Below, piece after piece: positions 58,801 to 64,000 of a DNA stretch of 64,000 nucleotides. Both the position numbers and the translations under genes were made by a program. How positions within the stretch are numbered: the stretch's first letter is position 1; the number at the start of each line of letters is the position of its first letter. The DNA lies in the NCBI RefSeq assembly GCF_947568905.1, contig NC_079171.1, positions 59,272,001 to 59,336,000 on the forward strand. The letters are read 5' to 3'. The notes under the pieces were generated by a model. The model saw nothing but the letters and a program-made list of their open reading frames with translations. It was not told the origin of the DNA and did no database searches. Origin of the DNA: Ostrea edulis (taxonomy: Eukaryota).

Positions 58801-61315
58801 TAGTATTTGTCCATAGTCCGTTGATTCATGTCAATTATAATACTATTTTTTCACAGTTTACACTATAATGAATTATATTGATTCAATACGCAACTTTGGA
58901 GATATCAGCTCTTCCGTGATGGATGTATGTTCAGTATTCTGTTGAACGCTTGGGTGGGTACAGGATTTATACATGTGTTATAGACTTGTTATATAGATAA
59001 GGATATAAGTTATGAAAGTGCAAATTTTGTTTATATCAACCGTTGGTATACATTAAGCTGACCATATCAAGGATAATATTTGTTTGAATTAGGTCATTAA
59101 ATTTAAAATGAAATTATTTTTTTTTTATATCCTCTTTTGCACGAGTGATACTTTTATTAAAGAAAGATGCATTTGGTTATCGATTTTTGTTTGACCTATA
59201 CTCATTACTTATTAAAATTGTGTGTCCCAACAGTTTGGGTGGTTGTATGGTGTCTGATAATCATTCTTTGGGCAATATATGAAGACACCGATACGCATTT
59301 GTACCCACCGTGTGTGGACGAAAGTATGTTTTACGTCTTACTGTGCGTAAGAGTTCCAGAAAGGAAAAGAAGTATTGAGCAACCCGGAGATTGTGTATTT
59401 CAATTAATGGCACAAGACTATCTTAGATTATTAAATACTAAGGCTCAATTACGGTATCAATATCGGATGTCAGATTGTTACTTGTTTGAATTATTTTTCA
59501 AAGCAAAATGAGGCTGTGTTCAAAACAATTCGAGCCAAACATTTGATTATTGTTGTTAAAGATTTTCTAAAGTATTGAAGTTTTAATGAGATCAGAACAT
59601 CTAAGTTGGTCGGTAATATGATTTTAAGTGGTATTTTTTTCCTTTTTTTTTTTGTTTGATACCTTTATGCATTCTTTATATGCAATTTCAAAAATTCTAT
59701 ATACATTCATACTCGATATGATTTTTAGCGTTTATCTGAACAATTTGCGCTCGAAATGGAAAAAAAAACAAAACAAAGGAAATTCAGACTATTTTGTTTC
59801 CAAATTGAGTTCGTTTTCATATGAACTAAAATACTTTCATAAATTAACCACTTTTAAGAGCATGTTAGCTAAAACATTATGTTGATGTTTAAAAAAAAAT
59901 GTGTCTTAGAGAAAGAAAAAAAATGGTCCGATTTATTGGTAGCAATTTTCAATGACCTTAGATGACCTTCAGCTTATCATATCTTTTTATCCAATTCATT
60001 GACATACCAATATTTTTGGTTAGTACCGTAGGTATGGTTGCAATCTTTAAATCCTAGAAAAATAATTAAATTCGAATTACATTCAGTAAATGTTTTTGAC
60101 CATTTTTCTAGAAAACTCTATCCTCAAAAAGATATTTTTAGAGGCGCTGAGGGAATTCGGACTAAATTTTAGGTAATTTGTTTCTGTGTTGCGTGGGAAA
60201 TATTTTCACATCATAATGTCTGCACATAGACTGTTTGTTTCATTGCAATAAAATGTAGTTATATTACAACCTGTTTGTTTGTTGTACATATTTTTGGATT
60301 TACAACTGCTAAAGCTTGGTCATTTGTGTTTTTTCAACATTGTTAGGTTCAGGGGTTGTTTCCATGGAAACGAACTCATTAACATATGTAAAAATTGTCA
60401 TTTTTCGAAGAGGAGGGACTTCTTGTCTATGATAAAATGATTTGCAGAAAATTTTGATTAATTTCATCTCAACAGCATATCCCCTTAAAAACAGAAGAGG
60501 TCACACATCGAGACAGTTTAGTTTATTATTATATATAAATACACAAATCATGTTTTTATTGTTGTGAATGCAAATATCATGTTTTTTAAAAAAAAACACT
60601 ATTTAAGTTTTATTCTTTCTTGTGATAATACTGAATACATTGTATCAGCAACGACAGATGCGCGGTTCAACTTTATTGAAGAAAAATGCCATATTTGGAT
60701 TTCTGACTTCTTCATGCGGCACTCTATCGTCATCTTTTATTTTTTGTTTATCTGTCTTTGCACTTGAATGGCGAGTCGAATGCCTTCTAGATTAATCACA
60801 CAAATAATTCGCCATAATTATGTAACGTAGAAACAATAATATAAATAACATATTAAAAGCGTGCATAGTGAATTATATCAATTTTTATTTTATATCCATT
60901 GTTTTGTTGGTAGTCATTAAATTTACAATGGTATTTAAATTATTGAATTGTTGAAATGACACCCCCCTCCCCGAAAAAACACCCCATCCAACATAAAACA
61001 TTTGATAACATTTGATCTAAAATACAGTACCTCTCTACATGTACTACTCTTTACGACTGGAATTCTTCGTAATCAAATTATGTTACTAAACAACAGATTG
61101 ATATCAATAACAAAAGTATCTTAACTTTATCTGAGGGGTGATTCCCCATAAATGAAAGATATACCTTGATATATAGATAGAAAGACATATAAGTGTAGCA
61201 AATACTTGCATGATTAACATCGGTAGCTTAAACATCAAATTATCATTAACTTACCTAAACCCTCAGTCTTGAGAACGAGGAGTCCAAAACACAGTAGCCG
61301 TGTGAACGACATCAT
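65..61315 (-). CDS. Multi-exon receptor-type protein tyrosine phosphatase: signal peptide, F-type lectin-like domain, 12 EGF-like repeats, TM, PTP domain (3' part lies beyond the left edge)
   Basis: 21 exons with GT/AG boundaries join in one open frame (2770 nt, 923 codons plus 1 nt). Motifs: CSFT...WW (lectin), C-x-x-GFYG-x-x-C repeats, hydrophobic TM, KNRF..FPYEHSRVVL, DYINANFI, YIAAQG. Confidence 0.9.
197..273 (-). CDS. PTP domain exon (YEHSRVVLKEKWSDSENDYINANFIK)
   Basis: ttttag|AC GAA ... AAG|GTAATG, 77 nt. HSRVVL and DYINANFI motifs. Confidence 0.92.
376..463 (-). CDS. PTP domain exon (KFPPGDVNICQTAKKTDNVVKNRFKTTFP)
   Basis: tgacag|AAA ... CCA T|GTAAAG, 88 nt, phase 0-1. KNRF motif. 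Confidence 0.9.
783..949 (-). CDS. Juxtamembrane/wedge exon (ETQSDASC...GGYYNTVQI...FLHEYK)
   Basis: tgatag|AA ACT ... AAG|GTAATG, 167 nt, phase 1-0. The F..EY pattern is typical just before RPTP D1. Confidence 0.85.
1324..1454 (-). CDS. Juxtamembrane cytoplasmic exon (RRMSKSD...NQYANISGTHQNIT)
   Basis: ttgtag|G CGC CGA ... ACA G|GTAGTC, 131 nt, phase 2-1. ORF 1265..1447. Confidence 0.82.
1716..1827 (-). CDS. Transmembrane exon (HSLKVSTADSQKAIIGGTVSTAAVLLILGAVLIIILR)
   Basis: tttcag|TT CAC ... CTA AG|GTATAT, phase 1-2. About 23 hydrophobic residues followed by basic RRR across the junction. Confidence 0.9.
2647..2784 (-). CDS. EGF-like exon 12 (VCADGFYGGDCDNACGHCKTIQPVCEKTEGNCSAGCQQEWEGPHCD)
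   Basis: ctttaag|TT TGT ... GAT G|GTAACT, 138 nt. More divergent, membrane-proximal repeat. Confidence 0.9.
3211..3500 (+). mobile_element. Short 3'-end copy of the Penelope-like family
   Basis: Shares gatgcttactcctcctaggcacctgat...ttatgagattgatc with 27191-27420. Confidence 0.8.
4190..4540 (+). mobile_element. Diverged 3'-end copy of the Penelope-like family
   Basis: gatcgttataac..atctagttcgt, gggtcaaatg, ggataactccgtttacctgatc, ggagttatgagattg. Confidence 0.75.
6018..6152 (-). CDS. EGF-like exon 11 (VCKGGFHGLNCSESCGHCETGTFCDKSTGICPKGCKDHWNGTKCD)
   Basis: attcag|TG ... GAT G|GTAAAA, 135 nt. Confidence 0.9.
6459..6593 (-). CDS. EGF-like exon 10 (VCKDGFYDMNCSKACGHCTTGTFCDNMTGTCPNKCEDHWSGSKCD)
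   Basis: attcag|TG ... G|GTAATA, 135 nt. ORF 6391..6639. Confidence 0.9.
6665..6761 (-). pseudogene. Degenerate EGF pseudo-exon
   Basis: ctag|T TGC GAA GGA GGA TAC TAC GAA ATG AAT TCG TCT TAA TCA TGC GGA ... TGT AAT AAC ATG CAG TGG GTC AAG TG. Homologous to sister exons but with a 1-nt loss at the acceptor, an in-frame TAA, an internal deletion and no donor. Confidence 0.75.
8336..8514 (-). mobile_element. Short 3'-end copy of the Penelope-like family
   Basis: ggtgaagatcacgaacattgatcaatctc...cctaggagga...gatcaggtaaacgga. Confidence 0.8.
8926..9060 (-). CDS. EGF-like exon 9 (VCEGGFYSQNCSKTCGHCKTGTHCNNMTGACLEGCQYHWDESKCN)
   Basis: tttcag|TA TGT ... G|GTATGA, 135 nt. ORF 8855..9115. Confidence 0.9.
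9358..9492 (-). CDS. EGF-like exon 8 (VCKGGFYGLNCSESCGSCKTGTLCNNMTGACPSGCQDHWNGTKCD)
   Basis: ctttag|TG ... G|GTAAGA, 135 nt. ORF 9320..9508. Confidence 0.9.
9739..11280 (-). mobile_element. Tc1/mariner DNA transposon, full length, defective DD34E transposase
   Basis: TIRs tactactcaaaatt..ataaggatca at both ends with flanking TA. Peptides MPPQRVRRRL..., FTDES, VWGGIS, WPAHSPDLNPIEHVW. Frameshifts present and a 22-nt deletion at 10295/10296. Confidence 0.93.
11584..11718 (-). CDS. EGF-like exon 7 (VCKDGFYDSNCSKPCGHCKTGIFCNKVTGACPNGCQDHWNGSKCD)
   Basis: atccag|TG ... GAC G|GTTAGA, 135 nt. The donor is weaker than in sister exons. Confidence 0.87.
12035..12169 (-). CDS. EGF-like exon 6 (VCRDGFYGAGCSETCGHCKLGTFCNNMTGACPNGCQEHWSGPKCN)
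   Basis: atttag|TG ... G|GTATGA, 135 nt. ORF 12000..12182. Confidence 0.9.
13195..13329 (-). CDS. EGF-like exon 5 (VCKGGFYDSSCSTPCGHCKTGTFCNNMTGECPNGCQDQWSGSKCN)
   Basis: atgcag|TG ... AAC G|GTAAGA, 135 nt. Confidence 0.9.
13441..13880 (-). mobile_element. 3'-end copy of the Penelope-like family
   Basis: ORF 13603..13800 (MVQGFQQSR...FHTNC) plus the 3' UTR. Confidence 0.85.
14573..14715. repeat. 143-bp imperfect palindrome with GTA triloop apex
   Basis: gacaacagctgttttgtttgaccc pairs with gggtcaaacaaaacagctgttgtc. Apex agcc-gta-ggct, centre 14644. Confidence 0.88.
15361..15500 (+). mobile_element. Short 3'-end copy of the Penelope-like family
   Basis: ggtcgacagggg...gttcgttatcttcac. Confidence 0.82.
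15998..16132 (-). CDS. EGF-like exon 4 (CKDGFYDSNCSKSCGHCKSGDVCDKVNGECPRGCQGQWSRPNCD)
   Basis: attcag|GG TGT ... GAC G|GTGAGT, 135 nt. Confidence 0.9.
16445..16579 (-). CDS. EGF-like exon 3 (CKDGFYGLKCAKPCGHCTPGTVCNKSAGACPNGCQDNWSGSNCD)
   Basis: atttag|TG ... A|GTAAAG, 135 nt. Lies within ORF 16422..16691. Confidence 0.9.
17392..17523 (-). CDS. EGF-like exon 2 (VCEDGFYGLNCSKPCGHCKTGTCNKLKGECPNGCQDHWNGSKCD)
   Basis: attcag|TG TGT ... GAC A|GTAAGA, 132 nt, phase 1-1. Confidence 0.9.
17812..18045. repeat. Compound (ATT)n/(AGT)n trinucleotide microsatellite
   Basis: Direct inspection. Produces the poly-S/V/Y pseudo-ORFs. Confidence 0.95.
18930..19400 (-). mobile_element. BEL/Pao integrase C-terminal fragment
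   Basis: LTTFLAEA..INSLPL, SPLTL, RQWRR..VQHLSSIFWKRWETEYLYTLQMRRKW. Confidence 0.82.
20068..20270 (+). mobile_element. Short 3'-end copy of the Penelope-like family
   Basis: Very close match to 43547-43753 (reverse complement). Confidence 0.85.
20534..20589. repeat. (CT)n microsatellite
   Basis: Direct inspection. Confidence 0.95.
22534..22616. repeat. (CT)n microsatellite
   Basis: Direct inspection. Confidence 0.95.
23707..24646 (+). mobile_element. Decayed Tc1-family transposase (second family)
   Basis: RSGRPRVTS, TVRNRLHEHNIRPRRPAVRP, ILFTEESRF, GGGSVMVW, GSHTRY*. Multiple stops and frameshifts. TIRs not confidently located. Confidence 0.85.
25773..25907 (-). CDS. EGF-like exon 1 (GCQAKHYGPNCDSCEEKCFDKQCDVFNGTCIYGCKNSAMKAPLCN)
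   Basis: ctccaag|GA TGT ... AAC G|GTAAGT, 135 nt, phase 1-1, 8 Cys. Not in the ORF track. Confidence 0.88.
26258..26420 (+). repeat. 21-bp minisatellite (gttccgtgcaaaccgttcacc)n
   Basis: About 7 degenerate units. Source of the pseudo-ORF VPCKPFT repeats. Confidence 0.9.
27191..29070 (-). mobile_element. Penelope-like retroelement (RT), 5'-truncated, no C-terminal GIY-YIG
   Basis: KGPKYRE, VPADK, YWIPQLHK, YDFPTLYT, GIPMGTNC, FRYIDDVL, SQLIRYARACS, then a stop at 27412 and an ~220-bp 3' UTR. Two frameshifts. Abuts (TA)n at 29071. Confidence 0.88.
29550..29692 (+). repeat. Second array of the same 21-bp minisatellite
   Basis: About 6 units, same orientation, same terminal gtgcaagaatcgtt. Confidence 0.9.
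29972..30160 (-). mobile_element. Diverged 3'-end copy of the Penelope-like family
   Basis: aacagtgatcaatctcataattcc...cctaggagaagtaa...gtcgaccggtca. Confidence 0.75.
30782..31030 (-). CDS. Exon 3: C-half of F-type lectin-like domain
   Basis: ttgcag|CT GTT CCC ... ATA G|GTAAGG, 249 nt, phase 1-1. PRQTGFSVYV...CP...NVTVN...ATIEICEVRVIG. Confidence 0.88.
31290..33790 (+). mobile_element. Non-LTR retrotransposon (CR1/L2-type APE plus RT), decayed
   Basis: IVALTETWLG, GHTLDIVI, NYRPMSNLPFVSK, LDISTAFDTI, YADD, LKLNTDKTE. Multiple stops and frameshifts. Confidence 0.88.
35016..35232 (-). mobile_element. SINE with Deu/Nin-like central domain
   Basis: Minus strand aaaccgaggtcccgtgtcgcagcaggtgtggcatgttaaagatccctccctgctcaaagg, with a (TCAA)-type tail. 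Family label is from recalled resemblance. Confidence 0.65.
35331..35795 (+). mobile_element. Penelope-like RT fragment interrupted by a SINE
   Basis: YDKR..FSIVNFPYLCNNIPLSPAYGVYI, insertion, then ...RACSAYDQF. Confidence 0.75.
35440..35703 (+). mobile_element. tRNA-derived SINE (Meta-domain-like) with 8-bp TSD
   Basis: TSD tcaactga at 35432-35439 and 35704-35711. A-box-like gaccgaacggtta, B-box-like gggctcatatccc, ccaccaataaaagctgg core, A-rich tail. Confidence 0.72.
35985..42525 (+). mobile_element. BEL/Pao LTR retrotransposon, heavily decayed
   Basis: Diverged direct repeats (LTRs) at about 36007-36203 and 42335-42525. Gag (KPETYESWK), Cys/His knuckles, AILDEQSN protease, KIRVVFD/KGPDL/YVDDGL RT, FTCLATRAIHIE integrase, FWKRWSREF C-terminal domain. 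Many stops. 5' boundary approximate. Confidence 0.92.
42555..42900. mobile_element. Penelope-like 3' copy (+, 42555-42835) followed tail-to-tail by an inverted short copy (-, 42852-42900)
   Basis: ...gttcgttatcttcacatttcat ... tgaaaggtgaagataacgga. Confidence 0.75.
43231..43458 (-). CDS. Exon 2: N-half of F-type lectin (FTP/F5-8C-like) domain
   Basis: ttttag|AA AAT CTA ... GGA A|GTAAGT, 228 nt, phase 1-1. NLA..KGTPSQSSTY...ADKAVD...CSFT...AWWKLPL...LEIQFR fits the fucolectin fold pattern. Confidence 0.88.
43547..43753 (-). mobile_element. Short 3'-end Penelope-like copy embedded in (TA)n
   Basis: Flanked by catatatata on the left and about (TA)23 on the right. Confidence 0.85.
43807..43948. 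repeat. 73-bp tandem duplication
   Basis: acgatatctgacgatgcaagcataa at 43807 and 43880. Confidence 0.85.
46053..46769 (+). mobile_element. Penelope-like element 3' fragment (RT C-terminus plus 3' UTR)
   Basis: ORF 46084..46332 is near-identical to the C-part of ORF 27412..28083. Ends ...cttcaccttgcata. Confidence 0.88.
47500..48748 (+). mobile_element. Tc1/mariner copy of the same family, 3'-truncated
   Basis: Same left TIR after TA. ORF 48344..48781 has MDDNARPH-x-SPDLNPIDH with 34-residue spacing. Homology stops at DSMAR and no right TIR is present. Confidence 0.92.
51854..51897 (-). ncRNA. Minimal type I hammerhead ribozyme (3' copy, stem III variant UGCACA)
   Basis: Same fold and core as the other copy, with one substitution in the stem III palindrome. 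Confidence 0.82.
52205..52248 (-). ncRNA. Minimal type I hammerhead ribozyme (5' copy, palindromic stem III)
   Basis: Minus strand: GCAUCA-CUGAAGA-GACA(UUAUU)UGUC-GAAA-UGCGCA-UC^UGGUGC. Intact core, 4-bp stem II, stem I GCAUCA/UGGUGC, AUC cleavage triplet. Confidence 0.88.
53238..53413 (-). mobile_element. Short 3'-end copy of the Penelope-like family
   Basis: atgaaaggtgaagatgacgagcagtgatcaatctc...ctgtcgaccggtcaca. Confidence 0.85.
54645..55095 (+). mobile_element. Penelope-like 3' copy containing a half-palindrome insertion
   Basis: ...YARACSAY..NRSRLLTNKLMVLGFQQ, then foreign 54759-54836, then the 3' UTR. Confidence 0.78.
55715..55900. repeat. Degenerate Cg170-like (oyster ~166-bp satellite) remnant
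   Basis: tgtggccccatcctaccccc...ttgaaca..ttga...cactacctga. Recalled resemblance, not a search result. Confidence 0.5.
55990..56770 (-). mobile_element. Second Deu/Nin-like SINE copy, split by a hAT MITE
   Basis: ccacacctgctg...gggacctc.gtttt...ccccatttagt shared with 35016-35232. Confidence 0.6.
56049..56551. mobile_element. hAT-type MITE (503 bp)
   Basis: TIR CAGAGATGGGG / CCCCATCTCTG, exact 8-bp TSD ctggagac (56041-56048, 56552-56559), many internal GTAATC/GATTAC motifs. Confidence 0.88.
58460..58572 (+). mobile_element. Short 3'-end copy of the Penelope-like family
   Basis: atgtccagggattcatgtttg...ggagttatgagattgatcactgttcg. Confidence 0.78.
61255..61315 (-). CDS. Exon 1: signal peptide MMSFTRLLCFGLLVLKTEGL
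   Basis: ATG ATG ... TTA G|GTAAGT. Phase 1 matches the next exon (G+AA = Glu). Hydrophobic core. Missed by the ORF track. Linkage across a 17.8-kb intron is inferred. Confidence 0.8.
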
Positions 61316-61333
61316 CTGGACTGTTTTGATGTT

Positions 61334-61342
61334 CACTTCCGC
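61334..61342 (-). promoter_or_regulatory. ETS-type GGAAGT motif just upstream of the start codon
   Basis: GCGGAAGTG on the minus strand, 19-27 nt upstream of the ATG. Function inferred only. Confidence 0.35.
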
Positions 61343-61799
61343 GTTGCACAATTGTCAAGGGATACTTGAGCTGCCCTGATAAAAACAAGATAACCTTGGA
61401 TGCATTGGTATAAAAAGTTATGACTTGTAACGCCATTATTGATTTTTGTAGAATGACTATCTCGAATTACACCCTCCCCAACAATTGTATTGTAATAATT
61501 TTTGTTCATACCTAACCCACTGCTACCCTTATACACATTGTATGGCATTGTGTGAACATGATTCGACAGACTCATATACCATGTTTTTTATTTCTTGTAC
61601 GATTTACTGATTTGAAAATGTTAGCAGATGAAACCTGGCTGTTCCAGATTTACTTCATTATAGCATTCGACTAGCTTTTGTATATCGTGTATATTGTATT
61701 TGCTTTACTTTAACAATATAGTTGTTCTACGAATAATTGGAATACTTACTAATGAATCATCATCTAATTAAAAAGATGTCCTGTACGGGTATATTTTAT

Positions 61800-63300
61800 C
61801 GGATAAGTTGTGTATATTGATTTGTTAGTATCTTTTGCGGAGTTTGTGTATGTTTTGATGATTTGTTATTTGTTATCTGTGGTGCCTCATTGAGATTACA
61901 ATAAAGGTTTTCCAGCAGGTGTCATTTTAATGTTCGCCGAAAGAAGTAACCTTATTAAATTAAATTATAAACCACGTGTCAAAATTCAACACAGCATGAA
62001 CATCTATCTTAGGTCTTACGGACTGGAATGATAGAACTTTAATTGATACAAGTATTAAATACTGAAACATTAATTTTATTTTCATTCTAACGTTATCAAG
62101 AATTGGTCATTAAAGATGTATTTCAATAAGCATTTCGTATATAATATGCTTGTCATCGGGGGGCGGCAGTGTCGCTTAATCTCTCATCTATTTACAAACA
62201 TTTCAATGTAGAGATAACCGTAATGCACAGACGGTACGTTTTGAGAAGGACTTAGATAAAGGATATATTACCGGGCCATTGAAGATAATATGCAAAGTTT
62301 CCGCGAATGTTTTTTCATACTATCTGTCATCTCTTCGAAATGAAGAGTTATTGTATAATTTCCTTAATAAGTTTGAATACTGTGCTGTAGGAATATCCCT
62401 ACACTTCGTATATCACCATGGTTACCTCAGTATAGTCACATCACCTAACTTGTAATGCCAGGGTTCCGAAGTTTGATCTCCAATTGATTGACTTCTTCCC
62501 TACAATATCTTAGTGAGAGTCAAATACATATATGTGTAACTCATCGGATAAACTGTGTATATTACTTTATCAGTATCTTGTGCGAGTTATGTGTCAAGGA
62601 TTTATTTGCTCTGTGGTTGTTCATTGAGATTACAATAAAGGTTTTCCAGCAGGTGTTAATTTAAAGTTCACCGAATGAAGCCACTTTATTAAATAAGAAT
62701 TCAATTCACGTGTCAAAATTCAACAAAGCAGGATGATTTATCTTAGGTCTTACGGCTATAATCCAAAAACATTAGTTTATGCAAGTATCAGATACTGAAA
62801 CATCGATTATATTTTGATTCTAACGTTAGCAAGAATTAGTCATGACAGATGCGTTTCAATATACATTTCGTATACAGTATGCCTGTCATCGGGCGACATC
62901 GGAATCGCTAAATCCTCATTTGTTTACTAACATTTCAATGTATAGATAACTCTAATACAGGGTCGGTATATTTTGAGAAGGATTTAGATAAGTTACCGGG
63001 TCATTGGAGATTATATGCGAAATTCCCACCCATGTTTCCTCATACTATCTTTTTTCTTCTCGACACGAAGATATATTATATGTTTTCCTTGATATGATGG
63101 ACTGATTATGGTTTTACGCCTTTTTGGCAATGTTTAAGCCATTTTACGGCGGTATTTTTCTTAATATGTTGAAATACTGTGTTGTAGTAATCCCACTATA
63201 CTCCATATATCGCCCTGGTTGCCTCAGTATAGCAATGTCATCTAACTAGTAATGTCAGGGTTCCGGGGTTTAATCTCCAATTAGTGATGCCTACATATAT
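61800..63300. repeat. Old tandem duplication (about 730-800 bp unit) upstream of exon 1
   Basis: gagattacaataaaggttttccagcaggtg at 61892 and 62626. Collinear shared blocks continue to gggttccg...atctccaatt. Confidence 0.85.
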
Positions 63301-64000
63301 ATGTGCAACTTTCTGTAATAACAATTCAAATATGAAATTGACTTTACATACTTTACATTTTTGCCACAACCAGAAATTATCAGAACAACAATAACTCCAA
63401 AACATATCCGGTAATAAGCCCCAATAATGTACTAAGAGGGATTTATTTATTTGCTTGTTTGATTGGTTGTGCGCTGGTGTTTTTTTTTGGGGGGGGGGGG
63501 GATGTTTCCATATGTAGAGAACGTAAAAATAGGTCCCGTGACGAACTTTCGATATATCGAACTTAAATATATGTGTTACCTTAAGAAATGCCATCAAGAC
63601 TAGAGACAGTGATTATTTCTGCGACTCGAAATTAATTTCGATAAATCAAACAGATAAATGTTTGTTGATCGCATTACTGAAAGAGAACGTAAATAAAGTA
63701 ATATCAAAATCTTGCTCCTGAAAGTGAAAACATTCAATGGCTTCCGAGCGTTTTAAACTTCACAGGTAGATACTACAACGTTGCCCCTATCAATTCCTTA
63801 TCAGCATATCAGAAGTACAAAATGCTAAAGCAGATTTATCCGTACACGTATAAACAGATTTTGTTTGATACAATTGATGGCAACATTTATTTCACCATAT
63901 ACGGTTTGTTTAATAATAACGGTAGTAGAACTTTATCCGTCGTTATGCTTCCCCATGGAATGTTTTGATACATATTTGAAGTGTGCCAAATTTATTTTTA

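Noticed and set aside
59167-59511. 114-aa plus-strand ORF
   Set aside because: No recognisable motif or exon structure. Lies in AT-rich repeat-like intron sequence.
61860-62020. Coding exons within the upstream duplication (LWCLIEITIKVFQQ|gt)
   Set aside because: An in-frame stop lies just upstream in copy 1, there is no shared start or acceptor, and differences between copies are not codon-patterned as far as I can see.
62415-63278. Two tRNA-Thr genes (TGT and AGT anticodon-like loops)
   Set aside because: D-arm, T-arm and acceptor stems are disrupted. At best decayed tRNA-derived SINE heads or pseudogenes.

Overview
AT-rich eukaryotic genomic DNA, most likely a bivalve (oyster-like; inferred from Cg170-like satellite remnants and bivalve-type SINEs and Penelope-like elements). 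Nearly the whole window is one minus-strand gene, which I assembled by hand from GT-AG exons with consistent phases. Order: signal peptide (61255-61315), F-type-lectin/F5-8C-like domain in two exons (43231-43458, 30782-31030), 12 intact symmetric phase 1-1 EGF-like exons (25773 down to 2647) plus one dead copy, a transmembrane exon (1716-1827), two juxtamembrane exons, and the start of a tyrosine-phosphatase domain that runs off the left edge. That is 2770 coding nt in 21 exons with no in-frame stop. The introns hold three Tc1/mariner copies, a decayed BEL/Pao LTR element, a CR1/L2-type LINE, a long Penelope-like element plus many short 3'-end copies, SINEs, a hAT MITE and palindromic elements. 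The best hidden feature is a 351-bp tandem repeat in intron 1 (51824-52435) carrying two minimal type I hammerhead ribozymes on the same strand as the host pre-mRNA, i.e. a retrozyme-like unit that could release a 351-nt (circular) RNA. All alignments and translations are manual; no database searches were run.
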